Shown here one piece after another: positions 20,686 to 34,093 of a DNA stretch of 36,278 nt (its first letter is position 1; each line of letters opens with the position of its first letter). The notes under the pieces were generated by a model. The model was not told the DNA's origin. It made no database searches and was given only the letters and a program-made list of their open reading frames with translations. This DNA comes from Octopus bimaculoides (Eukaryota). The DNA lies in contig NC_068984.1 in assembly GCF_001194135.2 (NCBI RefSeq), positions 73,261,605-73,297,882 on the forward strand. The letters run 5' to 3'. Made by a program: the position numbers and the translations under genes.

Positions 20686-23100
20686 TTGTCTCTCCCTTAA
20701 TCTTCACGTGTTTTGTTGCTTCTTATGTGTGTACGTACGCACATATGTATGTATGTATGAAGCGTAACAATATATGATATGCTCAGAAATTTTTCAAGTA
20801 GAATGCAATATGCATATATGTGTGAGTGTGTGTGTGTGTGTGCTTGTAATTATGTATATATGTATGCTTGTTTGTATTCATGTTTGTGCTTCAAGTTTCA
20901 ATGTTTTATGTGTATATATACAATGTGTAATGCAGAGGCAAAGATGGAATGCGAATGAGATGTATCTCGCTTGAATTGTATTACATATGGAAATGCGCGG
21001 TCCATATGGTAAATTAAGCCGTTATCAAATTGGCCATTGACTTGAAAGCAAGAATGATTGGCGAAGGCTTAAATGTTACTAGGTTATTGCAAAGAATGCA
21101 CACATCAATATGTGTATCCGTATATTTATTCATGTGTGTGTGAGAGAGAGTGGGGTGTGTGCGCGTGTATGTGTGTATGTATATATGTATGCTTGCTTGT
21201 ATCTATATATTGTATTATGTATATGTGTGTGTGTTTGTGTATACACGTCTATATATATATATATAAATATTTATATANNNNNNNNNNNNNNNNNNNNNNN
21301 NNNNNNNNNNNNNNNNNNNNNNNNNNNNNNNNNNNNNNNNNNNNNNNNNNNNNNNNNNNNNNNNNNNNNNNNNNNNNNNNNNNNNNNNNNNNNNNNNNNN
21401 NNNNNNNNNNNNNNNNNNNNNNNNNNNNNNNNNNNNNNNNNNNNNNNNNNNNNNNNNNNNNNNNNNNNNNNNNNNNNNNNNNNNNNNNNNNNNNNNNNNN
21501 NNNNNNNNNNNNNNNNNNNNNNNNNNNNNNNNNNNNNNNNNNNNNNNNNNNNNNNNNNNNNNNNNNNNNNNNNNNNNNNNNNNNNNNNNNNNNNNNNNNN
21601 NNNNNNNNNNNNNNNNNNNNNNNNNNNNNNNNNNNNNNNNNNNNNNNNNNNNNNNNNNNNNNNNNNNNNNNNNNNNNNNNNNNNNNNNNNNNNNNNNNNN
21701 NNNNNNNNNNNNNNNNNNNNNNNNNNNNNNNNNNNNNNNNNNNNNNNNNNNNNNNNNNNNNNNNNNNNNNNNNNNNNNNNNNNNNNNNNNNNNNNNNNNN
21801 NNNNNNNNNNNNNNNNNNNNNNNNNNNNNNNNNNNNNNATGTATATATACATATATATATATTCAGAGACAGACAGACAGAGAAGGTGAGAGAGAGAGAG
21901 AGATTTAGAAAATGTTAATCTATAGCTATCAACTGACTGAACACATAACGCCAACCTTTTTCCTAAAAACTGCAGTCTCCTGTCACTCAGTTTCTAACCG
22001 TGGTCTCTTTCCTGGGCGCCAGTATATCCTCCGCTCTTCTATCCAGGCCTATTCCTCTCATTCTTCCTTCCTCATCACATCTCCTATATTGCATATATTC
22101 CCTCGGGCTTAGGTTCAATGACAGCCACTAACTACTATATTTTCTTCCTCAGTTCTATTATCACGATCTTCTTAACTTCGCATGTATTTACTTGCAGTAA
22201 AAAAGACCATCAAATGCAGTTATTTAAGCTAGCTCGGACATTCTTTACTGTTCTCAAAGAATTTTTTTCGCTCGGGCTTCTTCGGTACGACTAACAGTAA
22301 ATTTAACGAGACAAGACCTTCTCTAAAACTTTTCCAGGCCTTCAGCAATGCTACACTCAAGGGCCTTCATGGGATCCCACTCCAGTAGTAGGTTTGATAT
22401 ATAGTTATAGACACCTTACTGAGTTGCTCACGCAGTTGTAGGCAAATATTTTTATTTCTGTCCCGTCACGGTGTCTTTCAACCTTCCACACAGTAGTATG
22501 AGACATTTCAATTATGTTTCGAGTAAAGCCACTGGCGATGTAGCCACAAATCAATGCTGGGTTACATGACTACCAGTAATAGATCGCCTTTGCAGTGAAC
22601 TGACACCAATGAATATTTAGTACGACGGCTAACATCAAATGAAATATGTATTATCATTAAAGTGTAAGAGGTGGAATGTATCCCGCTGAATATCAGGTTA
22701 CTTTAGGCCAATAATTTATCTTACCAACTTTTACCACACACTGCAGGTGCAATAAATTGCACACTAAGGTCGGTTTCAGTTATTTGAATGTATATCGATA
22801 AAATCAAGGAAAACGTATTATTAGTACTGTATAGTAAGAAAACAGGGTAACGCCGTTAGTCGGAGAAGTTCGGAAGGTAAAGGAGGAGGGTGAAATGAAA
22901 TAAATTACGATAAGATAAATTAAAATTAGATGAGGTATGAGGTTAAATTTGCGTGATAAATTTAGGGATATAAAAAGGTTTAAAGGTTCATGTATGTAAG
23001 AGATTAAGGGAATATCAAAGGCTTATGGATATGGAAGAGGATATAAAAGTGGATAGGTAGAGAAATAACAAGACAGACAGATAGACAGACAAAGACAAAC

Positions 23101-23146
<46 letters not shown>

Positions 23147-23477
23147 TTGAGACTACGTGTGGCGTGTGACCTGTAGAAAGCCTTATTGCTGGGTGCTAAA
23201 TTTTATCTCGTTAGCGCTTTCGAATCAATGATTCTTCATTAGACGTTCTTTATATTTTATTCTCATTTGATAATTTTTATAGCTGATTCCGGTTAAAGAT
23301 TCTGGAAGCGGTACTTTTATAGCCACTTCCATATCCATAAACCTTGTATATATGTCTTTAATCTCTTTCATCCAAAGAGCTTTAACACTTTTATATCCTT
23401 AAATCTATCACGAGAATTAAACTTTCTCTTATTCCTTGTTTTTTTTTTCTTTCTTATTTTATTTTATTTCAATAGTT

Positions 23478-23632
23478 GCAAGTGTGGCCGTGTGGTAAGA
23501 AACTTTATTTCCAACCACATGATTCAGTTTTCAGTCCAACTATGTCGCAACTTGGGCAAGTGTCTTGTACTATAGCCTCTGGCTGACCAAAGTCTGTGAG
23601 TAGATTTGGTTGACGGAAACTGAAAGAAGCCC

Positions 23633-23686
<54 letters not shown>

Positions 23687-23878
23687 GGTGCGTGTGCATG
23701 TGTGTGTATTCCCTTCACCACCGCTTGACAATTGGTGTTAGTGTGTTTATGTCCCCGTAACGAAGTGGTTCGGCTAAAGAACGAAAAATTTAGTANNNNN
23801 NNNNNGAGTCGATGCATTCTTGAAGGCGGTGCCCCAGTATGGCCACAGTTTAATGACTGAAACAAGTAAAAATTAAAA
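23478..23878 (+). mobile_element. Full-length SINE family A with internal (TG)n
   Basis: Colinear with 9023-9437; contains a small N gap. Confidence 0.9.
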
Positions 23879-23976
23879 GCTATTTTAATTCACCTTTACC
23901 ATTCTCACCTCTCCTACTAATGGCATTACGTTGTTATTTCACTATACTCTAACCAGCTATGTTTTTAAGATATGCG

Positions 23977-24194
23977 AGGCGGTGAGCTGGCAGAAACGTT
24001 AGCACGCCGGAAAAAAATGCTTAGCGGTATTTCGTCTGCCTTTTCTTTCTGAATTCAAATTCCACCGAGGTCGACTTTACTTTTCATCTTTTCGGGGTCG
24101 ATAAATTAAGTACCAGTTGCTTACTGGAGTTCATCTAATCGACTGACCCCTTTCCCCAAAATTTTTGGCGTTGTGCCTAGAGTAGAAAAGAATA
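23977..24194 (+). mobile_element. Full-length tRNA-derived SINE family B
   Basis: Head ggcggtgagctggcagaaacgttagcac, B-box-like gaattcaaattcc, central gtcgactt..tttcatc.tttcggggtcgataaattaagtaccagt, and tail gtgcctagagtagaaaaga. Other copies lie at 18866 and 24205. Confidence 0.85.
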
Positions 24195-24204
24195 TAAGTG
24201 CCAT

Positions 24205-24380
24205 GTGTTAGCAAAAACAGGAGAGCACTGAACAAAATGCGTTTGTAACATTTAGCTAGGTTGCTTTACTTTCCGCATTCACCTCGTAATAGAGTCGGCA
24301 TTGGCTTTCAGCATTCCGAGATTAATTAAACAAGGTATCAGCCAGGTTTCACTGCGGTGGTCGATATAATTGATTATATT
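24205..24380 (+). mobile_element. Older, decayed family B copy
   Basis: gagtcggcattggctttcagcattccgagattaattaaacaaggtatcag..ggtcgatataattg aligns loosely to the family B core. Confidence 0.45.
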
Positions 24381-24665
24381 CCACTAGCCACCGTCCCAAT
24401 GTTAAAAAACGTTGATGTATCACAGTAAATCAAATTTCACGTCAAGGTTGCTTTTACCAATTCGAACGAAACAGAAAATTACTGGACTTTCTGGATTCAA
24501 AGCCCAATGGAAAATGACAGACACTCCATGCAATCAGATCTTTAATTTTTTTTTCATTTTCTTTTTTTTTTCTTGTAGTATTTCATAACGTTTTTAGAAT
24601 CTGGATTCGAATGACACCACTGATGTTAATTTCACTATCTCATTAGTTTTTAATCTTTTTTTAAT

Positions 24666-25065
24666 GCAGGCGTTGTTGTGTGGTTAGAAGCTTCCTTCCT
24701 GACCCTGTGGTTCCGGGTTCAGTCCCTCTGCGTGGCACCTTGGGCAAGTGATTTCTCCTGTAAGCCTTTTTTAGTGGATTTGGTAGATGAAAACTGTATG
24801 TATATAATCGTGTGTGTGTGTGTCTGTGTGTGTGAAAAAGAATGCATGTTAGTGTGCGTGTGCGTGCATGCGAGTGTGCGTGTGCGTGCATGCGTGTCTG
24901 TGTCCCCCACTACCGCTTGATAACAGATGCTGATGTGTTTGTTTGTGTACCAGTGACTTAGCGGTTCGGTAGAAGTCTCCGATAAAATAAGTACTAGGGT
25001 TAACAAAAATAAGTGCTGAAGCCAATTCATTCGACTAAAAATTCTTCAAGACTGTGCCACAACAC
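24666..25065 (+). mobile_element. SINE family A copy with internal mixed microsatellite
   Basis: ggttccgggttcagtccc, gcgtggcaccttgggcaagtg, gtggatttggtaga, cttagcggttcgg and aataagtactagg all match family A. Confidence 0.85.
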
Positions 25066-25489
25066 AAGACTTACCGCAAAAATTGATATGTTAATTTCTA
25101 ACTGACGCACGTAATAAGCAACAGCGTATTAGGTTAATCTAAACCAAAATATACGGCAATAGAGAAAGCATGGAGAAAAAGCAATAGTAATAGGGCAAGA
25201 TAGTGAAAGAGAAACAGAAATAGGTAGCTTGGGAGAGAGAGAGAGAGCTCCGGTGGGGGGGTCGAAGAAAGGGGGACAGAAAGAAAAAACAAAGTGGCAA
25301 TGATTTCATTGAGAAGCAGAAAGAGAGAATATAATAGTAAAACAGAGACATTCAGCACTATGGTAAAAGCGGAGGATAGGTGATAGCTACATGCAAAAGA
25401 AAGAGGGTGAGACAACGGACATACCTAAGACCCACTTTCTCAAATGTAATATACAGAGACATACATATATTTATAAAGCATACACGCAT

Positions 25490-25546
<57 letters not shown>

Positions 25547-26094
25547 GGTATATATACGTATATATATACCTATACATATATATATAAAGGGCAGTCATAA
25601 TCGCTGCTTTCCTTTTCTCCATCCAAAAGCTCAAATGTTATCACAATGTTGTGAATTTTATTCACGTAATGTGCAATATAGCTGACTATATAGTGTTTTA
25701 AAATAGCGGCCGGTAAGAGGACAGATATTGCCTTCCTATATTTTCAATACAAAAACTGACAAATGATATTAATCACACACCTCTGCAGAATTTTCTAATG
25801 ATATTTATAAATGCTGAACAACACATCGCAAATTTAGATCACTTTAGTAGCTAATTTATATGTACATAATATATATGAGATGGCAATGTTTGCATACATA
25901 AGTATATGTATATATACGTGTATATATATATATATACATATATATATATTGTGTGTGTGTGTGTGTGTGCATGTTCGTACGTATGTATGTACGGATGTAT
26001 TTTTCTATGTATGTACACACACACACACACACATCATATATATACATAGATATATATGTATTTATACATACATACATACACATACACACACACT

Positions 26095-26129
<35 letters not shown>

Positions 26130-26802
26130 GCATACACACACGCACATACACAGATATTGAGATATGACAGATGTATGTGTATGTGTGTCTGTATTTATAT
26201 ATATATATATGAAGTCACGGAATGATTAAATACTTATATATTCATTTCATTCGCGCATCAAACTAAATTTAACTGTACACTGCACGCAGGCTTCTATACA
26301 CATTCATACATAGTCGCATAGATTCCTTCATATAGGTATTATAACTGTAGTGATATACGTATATAGATATTGGTATACATAGGTAGATACATACATACAT
26401 GCATTCAAACATAGATACAAACTTACATACCTGTATGTACACACACCCATACGCACACACATACGTATTTATATATATGTGTGTGTGTATATATATATAT
26501 ATGCGCTTGTACACATACAAACATACGCACACAGATACATAGAGATAGATAGAGAGGAAAAGGGCCTAACAGAGGATTTCATAAAACGAAAAGACACCGG
26601 GACACGTGTAATATTTTGGAAAATATCCCGAGGTCTGATTCACCACAAAGAAATTCTATCGCTTTTATTAGTTTCTTCATATTTTCTTCCAATATATAAG
26701 TGAACTATGATTAAAAATTCATAAAACATTCTTCAGACGTTATCCTTGTCTAATAACGATACATGTGAATTCGAATTCTAGTAATACTTACAAAGAATTT
26801 AC

Positions 26803-27052
26803 TTATTCAATTCTTCAATCACTATCTTAGTTGACATATTGATATTTCTTCCAATATAAGGGAGAAAGAAACGGTTCGGTAGAGCGTCGGTTAGTTCAAA
26901 ATTAGGGTATTTCAATTTAAATCTTTTATATTCCTGATTCGAATCATTCTTACTCGACACCAGTCTATTTTTCAAAAGACTGGTACATACTTTATCGGTC
27001 AGTTTTGCCAAACCACTGAGTTGTGGAGTCGTAAGCAAATCAAGTGGTGGAG
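26803..27052 (-). other. Stop-free 250-nt segment: candidate host exon or another PLE thumb-region fragment
   Basis: Encodes PPLDLLTTPQLSGLAKLTDKVCTSLLKNR...LPNRFFLPYIGRNINMSTKIVIEELNK, flanked on the minus strand by tacag| and |gtaaat. FFLPYIG also resembles the PLE post-RT LPYxG motif. Unresolved. Confidence 0.3.
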
Positions 27053-27632
27053 CTGTATGCCAAACACAAATACAAAGGAACACTTGTATAGATTTACATA
27101 TGTGTGTGTGTGTGGGGGGTGATTTTGTGCGTGGTGGTGTGGGGTATTATTTAATGTACACAGCATAAAGTTTGCACATCAGGACACCGGTTCAAGTGAA
27201 TCACGAGAATAAGCGAGAAGGTACATGCAAGATGTAGATGGATGCGTAGAAACAGAAAAAGAACAGAGAAGAAATATACTTAGAGTTATGAGCCCTTTGA
27301 CACAAAGTCATAATTAAATTAGTTTTATAGAATAACCTAATGGAGCGGGATCTGAAGTCTGCAAGACAGCTGCTCAATTCTGAGAGGATAGTGCCCACCC
27401 GCTTACCAATGAAACTTGTCCATATGTTTTCATTTGCTGAAAATTTCAGATCTGGTATTCAGTAGTGCAGTGGAACTCTTAGATTTAAAAAGAATATGCG
27501 ATTTTTCAGCTAAACATAAACTGCTTATCTTAAATCCATTAAAATTTCAAATATATCTATATACTTTTCCTTTTATTCTATTTTTTAAGTTGTAGCCATG
27601 CTGGAGTAACACTAGTATAATATGAGGGAGTT

Positions 27633-27812
<180 letters not shown>

Positions 27813-28583
27813 CATTCTTTTCCATTATAATAAATGCAAAAAACATATGATGACAACTTGATTAGAAAAGTAACAGGAGAAATGTGACTAATATTGGTTC
27901 CTCTAACAAAAGAGAGGAAACAAGATCGATTTGGTGATTAAATGTTTCAAACCAGAAATGATGAATATATATTAATCCAATCTTTCCAATTGAAATAGAG
28001 CAGAAGAACTGATAAAGATCATTTGTCACTTGTTATCCTTCCAGATTATCGTTGTAAATAATGCCTCGCTTTGTTAAGGGTTTCGTTTTAGAATTATAAT
28101 ACCAGATTACGTAATGGCATGCTAAAAGTGATATGGGCGTATTTCTTCTTCATTCTCTCTCGACAAATGGCAACTTATAAATAAGATATCGTTGGGTAGA
28201 TTAATATTAGTTTATGGCCGTCGATCTAGGAACAGTACCATTACTTCTGATGCTCAATTGAAGATGAACAAGAAATTTGTGTAAAATATTACAAACCAGA
28301 TGGTGGGATCTTTTGAACAAACAGACAATGAGAAAATTTGTTTAATGCAACTTATTTTGATGATCTTGCCAGGTTGTCGGGGCAGGTATGGCTGGAACGC
28401 TTCTATGGACGAGATTGAAGCATTGTTTGGAATGTAATCAGTTGGCTGACAGGTGGCAGAACAAGGAGACTGACAGAAACATGGTAAGGATCGATGTGAT
28501 GAGGGCGAGAAAAATGTCGGGATATCTTAAATCAGATTAAAAAAGAACGATTTGTTTGGCTAAATATCATCCAGCATATATAT

Positions 28584-28790
28584 GGAGACGTGTGGTTTAG
28601 TGGTTAGGGTGGACCGGACGATGCGTTGCGTTCTTGAGCAAAACAATTCATTTAACGTTGTTCCAATCCACTCAGCTGGCAAAAATGAGTAATCCTGCGA
28701 CGGACCGTCGTCTCGTACAGGTGTGAAATATATACGTCACTGAAACCGGGAAACCAGCTCTTATGAGCCTCGCAATGCTCGAGAAGGAAA
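28584..28790 (+). mobile_element. tRNA-derived SINE family D with a V-domain-like core
   Basis: A box gtggtttagtggttagg, gttcttgagcaa, and cctgcgacggaccgtcgtctcgtacagg (resembles the V-SINE block cctgcgatggactggcgacctgtccagg). The tail is gggaaacc..ttatgagcc. A second copy lies at 29195. Confidence 0.75.
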
Positions 28791-28927
28791 TATTTATTTA
28801 TCTATTTATTTATTTATTTATTTATAGATAGATAGATATAGATATATATATGTGCGTGTGCGCATGAGAGTACGTGTGTGTATGTATTTATATACTGCGT
28901 ATAGTATATAATATATATGCATTTATA

Positions 28928-28978
<51 letters not shown>

Positions 28979-29052
28979 NNNNNNNNNNNNNNNNNNNNNN
29001 NNNNNNNNNNNNNNNNNNNNNNNNNNNNNNNNNNNNNCACACACACACACAC

Positions 29053-29105
<53 letters not shown>

Positions 29106-29194
29106 ATGAATTCGCTTAGCCATAATGGTACCAATAATCAACTGTTAAAATTTAACCTGTTTATAATTCATTTTCGAAAAGACCAAAGGCAGAC

Positions 29195-29430
29195 CTGACT
29201 CATTGGTTCATAAAGGCGGTTTCCCGGATTCTTTGGAGCGTATGTTCGTCCTTAACCCCTGGAAAAGACGCCAGTACGTCGCAGGTGTACTTATATTTTC
29301 CACCTGAATGGAATGGATCTACGTGAAAGGAAGCGTTTTCCTCAAGAACGCAACGCATCACCCAGTCCAGTAATCGAAACCACAACTTTATGATCATGAG
29401 TATAACACCCTAACCACTACGCATCGCGCC
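29195..29430 (-). mobile_element. SINE family D copy, convergent with 28584-28790
   Basis: The reverse complement reads ggcgcgatgcgtagtggttagggtg..ggtttcgatt..gatgcgttgcgttcttgag..cctgcgacgtactggcgtc..ccgggaaaccgcctttatga. Confidence 0.8.
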
Positions 29431-30248
29431 AACAAATGATTCATACAGGTGTGTGTATGTATGTGTGTGCGTGTGTTTGCTACTGTGTATGCATAATGAT
29501 CGAGAGGGAGAGAGAGCGTGAGTGAGAAAAACGACATTAAAGATTTAATAAGCTGCTGTAAAAGTCAATCTATACAGTGTATATATCTACATTACTCTGT
29601 TTTCAATATTTCAAATAATATGTAAAATATATTGGTAAATAAATCTGAGACCTTGTGCTTATATCATTAATCAATAAAACACCGAATGTCTGGTTGTTTT
29701 TGCACGAAGAAACATTATCTTGGAAATCTTTTAAAGAAACAAATCGATCCAATAGGTTTATAGATGTCAACTGTGAGGAGTGTCAGAAGATGAAACCGGA
29801 TTATTCAATAATATTTTATTACTTCTGGCTTCTTTTCATACAAATTTTGGAGCGGGTTTTTGAAAAAGCTCTGTGAATCTGCTTGGTGATAATCGTACAC
29901 TCCTCAGCTTTAGGCAGGCATTGTTAACTTTGTTTGATGATGGTTAGATGACATTTGATGTTGCTTAAGCAATTGGACGCCATCCACTGGAGTAGGTGAA
30001 TAAAAAGAATTCAACAGCACCTGCTTCCGACAAATTGAATAAAATTGTTATTGAATACGCACGCACATACTTATGTGTGTATATATATATATATATATAC
30101 ATAAATAAACATAACATACGCATAGTTACACATATACATATATACACATATACGTATATACATGTATGTATACGTATGTAAACTGCATAAACTTATAGCT
30201 AGCTATCTATAGATGAGACCTCACTTAAAAAGGAAATGATTATATCTA

Positions 30249-30335
<87 letters not shown>

Positions 30336-30628
30336 ATACATACATACATACGTAAGAAGTCGATGTAGAACGGCGTAAACGCAGCCAATTGAAGTATGTA
30401 AGCATATAAACAATATAGTAACGATCAGGAGTGCTACATGAGTGTCTTTATGGTTAAGAGGCTTCTACAGTATATATGTGCTACTAGATTCGATTCTGCA
30501 TCTATAAACCTTTAAGTGACTAACTACAATTACATTCAACTCACAAGGTATGGGTTCTCGAAGAACACGTGAGTGGAATTTTTATAGACAGAAACAGAGA
30601 CGGTACGTATGTGCATCGAATATACATA

Positions 30629-30848
30629 CGAGTGAGTGTTGAAATGCTCCTGGCTTTGGGTAAAAGAAAATACATGAAGATCACTTACTTATGAATGTAT
30701 TCAGGATATCCCCCTCTCAGATTCACATACTTATTGCAGCATTCCTTCAGTTTTTCTAAGCCCTGTAAAAGAAGTCGGAAGGTTGGGCCTCCAAGCAAGC
30801 TTTTTGCGATAATCTTAAAGCCATGAAATTTTCAGCCCCACACCCTAG
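30629..30848 (-). mobile_element. Mariner-derived MITE (~220 bp) with TIRs and TA TSD
   Basis: TA|cgagtgagtgttgaaatgctcctggcttt at the left end pairs loosely with aaagccatgaaattttcagccccacaccctag|TA at the right end. The minus strand keeps a transposase C-terminal remnant (LEAQPSDFF..GLEKLKECCNKYVNLRG). It is homologous to 34522-34661. Confidence 0.8.
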
Positions 30849-31295
30849 TATATTCAGCTATTGGCGCATATGTACGTGTATATGTATGTGTATATGTATA
30901 TACATACATACATAAAATCTCCTTTTTAAATGTATAAATTTGAAACTTTGGACATATATATATATATGTGTGTATATATNNNNNNNNNNNNNNNNNNNNN
31001 NNNNNNNNNNNNNNNNNNNNNNNNNNNNNNNNNNNNNNNNNNNNNNNNNNNNNNNNNNNNNNNNNNNNNNNNNNNNNNNNNNNNNNNNNNNNNNNNNNNN
31101 NNNNNNNNNNNNNNNNNNNNNNNNNNNNNNNNNNNNNNNNNNNNNNNNNNNNNNNNNNNNNNNNNNNNNNNNNNNNNNNNNNNNNNNNNNNNNNNNNNNN
31201 NNNNNNNNNNNNNNNNNNNNNNNNNNNNNNNNNNNNNNNNNNNNNNNNNNNNNNNNNNNNNNNNNNNNNNNNTATATATATATATATATATATAT

Positions 31296-31800
31296 ATGGC
31301 TGAGTAAAAAGTAAGCATCATTCTGAAACATCTAATTCATTACAATATATTTCAACAATGCGGAAATTTCATTCATCAGAGTATCATTTCAATCAACACG
31401 ATTTTGTCACCCAGTTACAAGTTTGTTTATTCCGATAGCATAAGAATATGGAGTTCTGGAACTGATGAACTCTTTGAACGCACTTTCAGCATCGGTTTGA
31501 TTTTTAAACTCCTTCTCACTCAGGAAACCATCAAGCTGCTTGAAAAAGTGATAGTCGGTAGGCGATAGGTCTGGGGAATAAGCTTGGTGGGGAAGGACTT
31601 CTCTCAACTTCTGGAGCGTCATTAGTGAAATGATTGACCCTCTTCTGTTGACCAGTCTGAGAAGGAGGAGTAGAAGTGTTTCGTTCATTTTGGCAATTTC
31701 ATGGCAACATGTTTCTTTAGTAATGGTCTTTCCTGGTTTTAAGAAGTTATAGTGGAAAAGTCCAGCAGTACACCAACCGAACAGTCACCATAACTAGCTT
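31296..31800 (-). mobile_element. Mariner (Hsmar1/SETMAR-like, cecropia-type) transposase pseudogene, 3' half with 3' TIR
   Basis: Peptides VMVTV..TAGLFHYNFLKPGKTIT and LVNRRG..TLQKLREVLPHQAYSPDLSPTDYHFFKQLDGFL..DAESAFKEF. The HDNARPH motif carrying the second catalytic D is deleted. A TIR-like ggctgagtaaaaagtaagc abuts (TA)n. Confidence 0.9.
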
Positions 31801-32510
31801 CCTGTAACTCTCTTCTATTATTGGTCTTGGATTTCTTTTGGTGTATGAGGATAGCCTCAGAGATTCTAAAGTTGCTCCTGTTCCTCTGCGTTGCCTTGAT
31901 GTACACTGTGAACTCTAGGGTCTGGCATTTCCGTAGATATTTCTTCACGGAAGTGTCTGCCTGCATGTGTTGCTTAATGCGTATATGCAGTTTTCTTGTC
32001 GTGCTTCCGATGTAGGATGTGCTACATTTGCCACAAATGATCTCATATATGACATAGGTCCTCTAGCACATTCAGAGTCATTGATGGGGCAGTTCTACAA
32101 TGTGCACTCCTCAGAGTAATGATACGTGTTGTTCTTGGACAGAGCTTTTCTCAGGGAAGGGCCGGTGTGCACTGTCTGTATCGAGTCCTTCTCTGCGGAC
32201 TGTGTGTTGTATCGCTGCAGTAGTTCTGTCGTCAAAGTGTGGTAGCTTTAAGAAGCATGTGCCAGACTTGGGAGTATGCTGGTTCTTCCGTTGTTTATTG
32301 ACCTTGATGTTCTTCAGGCGCCGTTGTTTAGCTAAAGATGGTGGGTAGCCACTCAGGGTTAGATCTCTGAGGAACTGTTTGGTGTAGACAGCTTTGTCGG
32401 TCACGTACGTGCAATCTCGTTTCTCACGTATGCGACTTTGGGAGAGACTGATTGATTGTGAACGAAACGTTTTCTATTAGCGGCTTGAAGCATTGCTTTG
32501 CCCGGGTACC
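31800..32510 (-). mobile_element. Penelope-like retroelement PLE2: decayed RT-thumb plus GIY-YIG
   Basis: FVHNQS..KVAYVRNEIAR; FLRDLTLSGYP; FLKLPHFDD..IQHTVRREGL; NCPIND; YEIICGKCSTSYIGSTTRKLHIRIKQHM; RISEAILIHQKK..NNRREL. Confidence 0.88.
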
Positions 32511-33751
32511 TATAATGCTACTAAGACGGCCATGAATACGTTTGCTCCGCATGATTACCAAATGTAAATTAATGGAACTGACTTTTAATATTTGCATCGC
32601 AGGAAGAAGATTACGAAAACTAATTCAAAATAGTTTTAATTATCATGATAATAATCAATCACTAATCCAGTGTTATAATTGCCTATATACGCAATTTTCA
32701 ATGCGATCGTGTTTGTGGATCTTAGGAGAATTATCTTAATTGGAAGAGAATCGAAACTGTGTTTTAGCATTCAAATGGTAACAGAAAAAATGACATTCTA
32801 AAATAGTTAATTGCGCAAGTTGGAATTTCGTTTGTTTTTCAATATAGACAACTGAAACTAAGAAACCGAATTAGTCTGTGACATTTTGTGTGTAAAAAAA
32901 GTGGTTTATAGATTAATGGCGGAAAACTGTTTGATCTTTCATTTTAGAATAATAAACAAAGTAAGGAATATGATGTGGTAGACGATAACAGAATATACTT
33001 TCTTCTTTTTATATTTGTTTTATAAGAATTTTATATTTTAGTTTTTAGTCTTCAAGGTATTTCTTGTATCTATTACGTTTCGTTTTAATTTACAAGTCGG
33101 ATTAGTTAGAAACATTTATTATTCGTCCAATTTGCTATTGCTAGTGTTCTTGTTATTGTTGTTGTTAAGAGATATGTTATTTACCGCGGTTAGTAATGAT
33201 GAAACGGAATTTTGGTCAAAGGCGTTACCTCTGTTACTATTGTATCGTTTATTCAAACGATTTATTTCAGTCAACGTTATTATCGCCTGAGTCCAACCTT
33301 TTAAAAAGACATGAGGATTCACTTCCCATTTCGCATTTCTTAGACAATAGGATGTGATTTAAGTTGATTTAGCTATTCTAGCAGGTATGTGGTACAGTGA
33401 AATATAAAGATCTTGCCCATGAGACAATTTTGAGTATATGCACGTGTTAAATATTGTAAGTGAAATTATAATTATGCATTCAATCAATTTTGAAAGAACT
33501 CAATATTTTACTCGAAATGACTCAGTATTTTACTCACCAAACCTTTAAGGAATAAATGCAAAACTGAAAGTGTCGAAAATTCAATTAGAACGTGAAATGA
33601 ATTTAATACCATAGAACATTTTGCTAGCTCATTATCGATCATGCCATCAGATACGGAACGATCGCAAGCAGAATACTTTTGTCGTGTTGCACCACATCTC
33701 GCCAGCGATTATAAACGAAACCGACAATGCGTCCTGGTATCATTAACAAGT

Positions 33752-33792
<41 letters not shown>

Positions 33793-34093
33793 GGACTGTC
33801 GGAGAATGCCTCACAGAATTTGTTCCAACTCGTGACATTGAGATGTAGCTTTAATCTGTCATTCTGTTTAAGACCACCACCTACAAACTCGGGTACCTTT
33901 AGCACAGTTCATTCTGACAAAAGCAATTGGTTCAGGCTTCACGTCATAGCATATCTCCCTCCTATTCTCATATTAACCTCAGAGGACCTGTAATGGTACA
34001 TTGATGTTAACTTTTAGTCCGAAAGGTCAACCCTACGCTAGGAAGTCAACCCCACGGTTATAGTCAATGCTAGTAAATAACTATCTGCTACAT

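Noticed and set aside
22200-22560. Possible Tc1-like transposase N-terminus on the minus strand
   Set aside because: Only a vague resemblance, with several stops and no TIR found.
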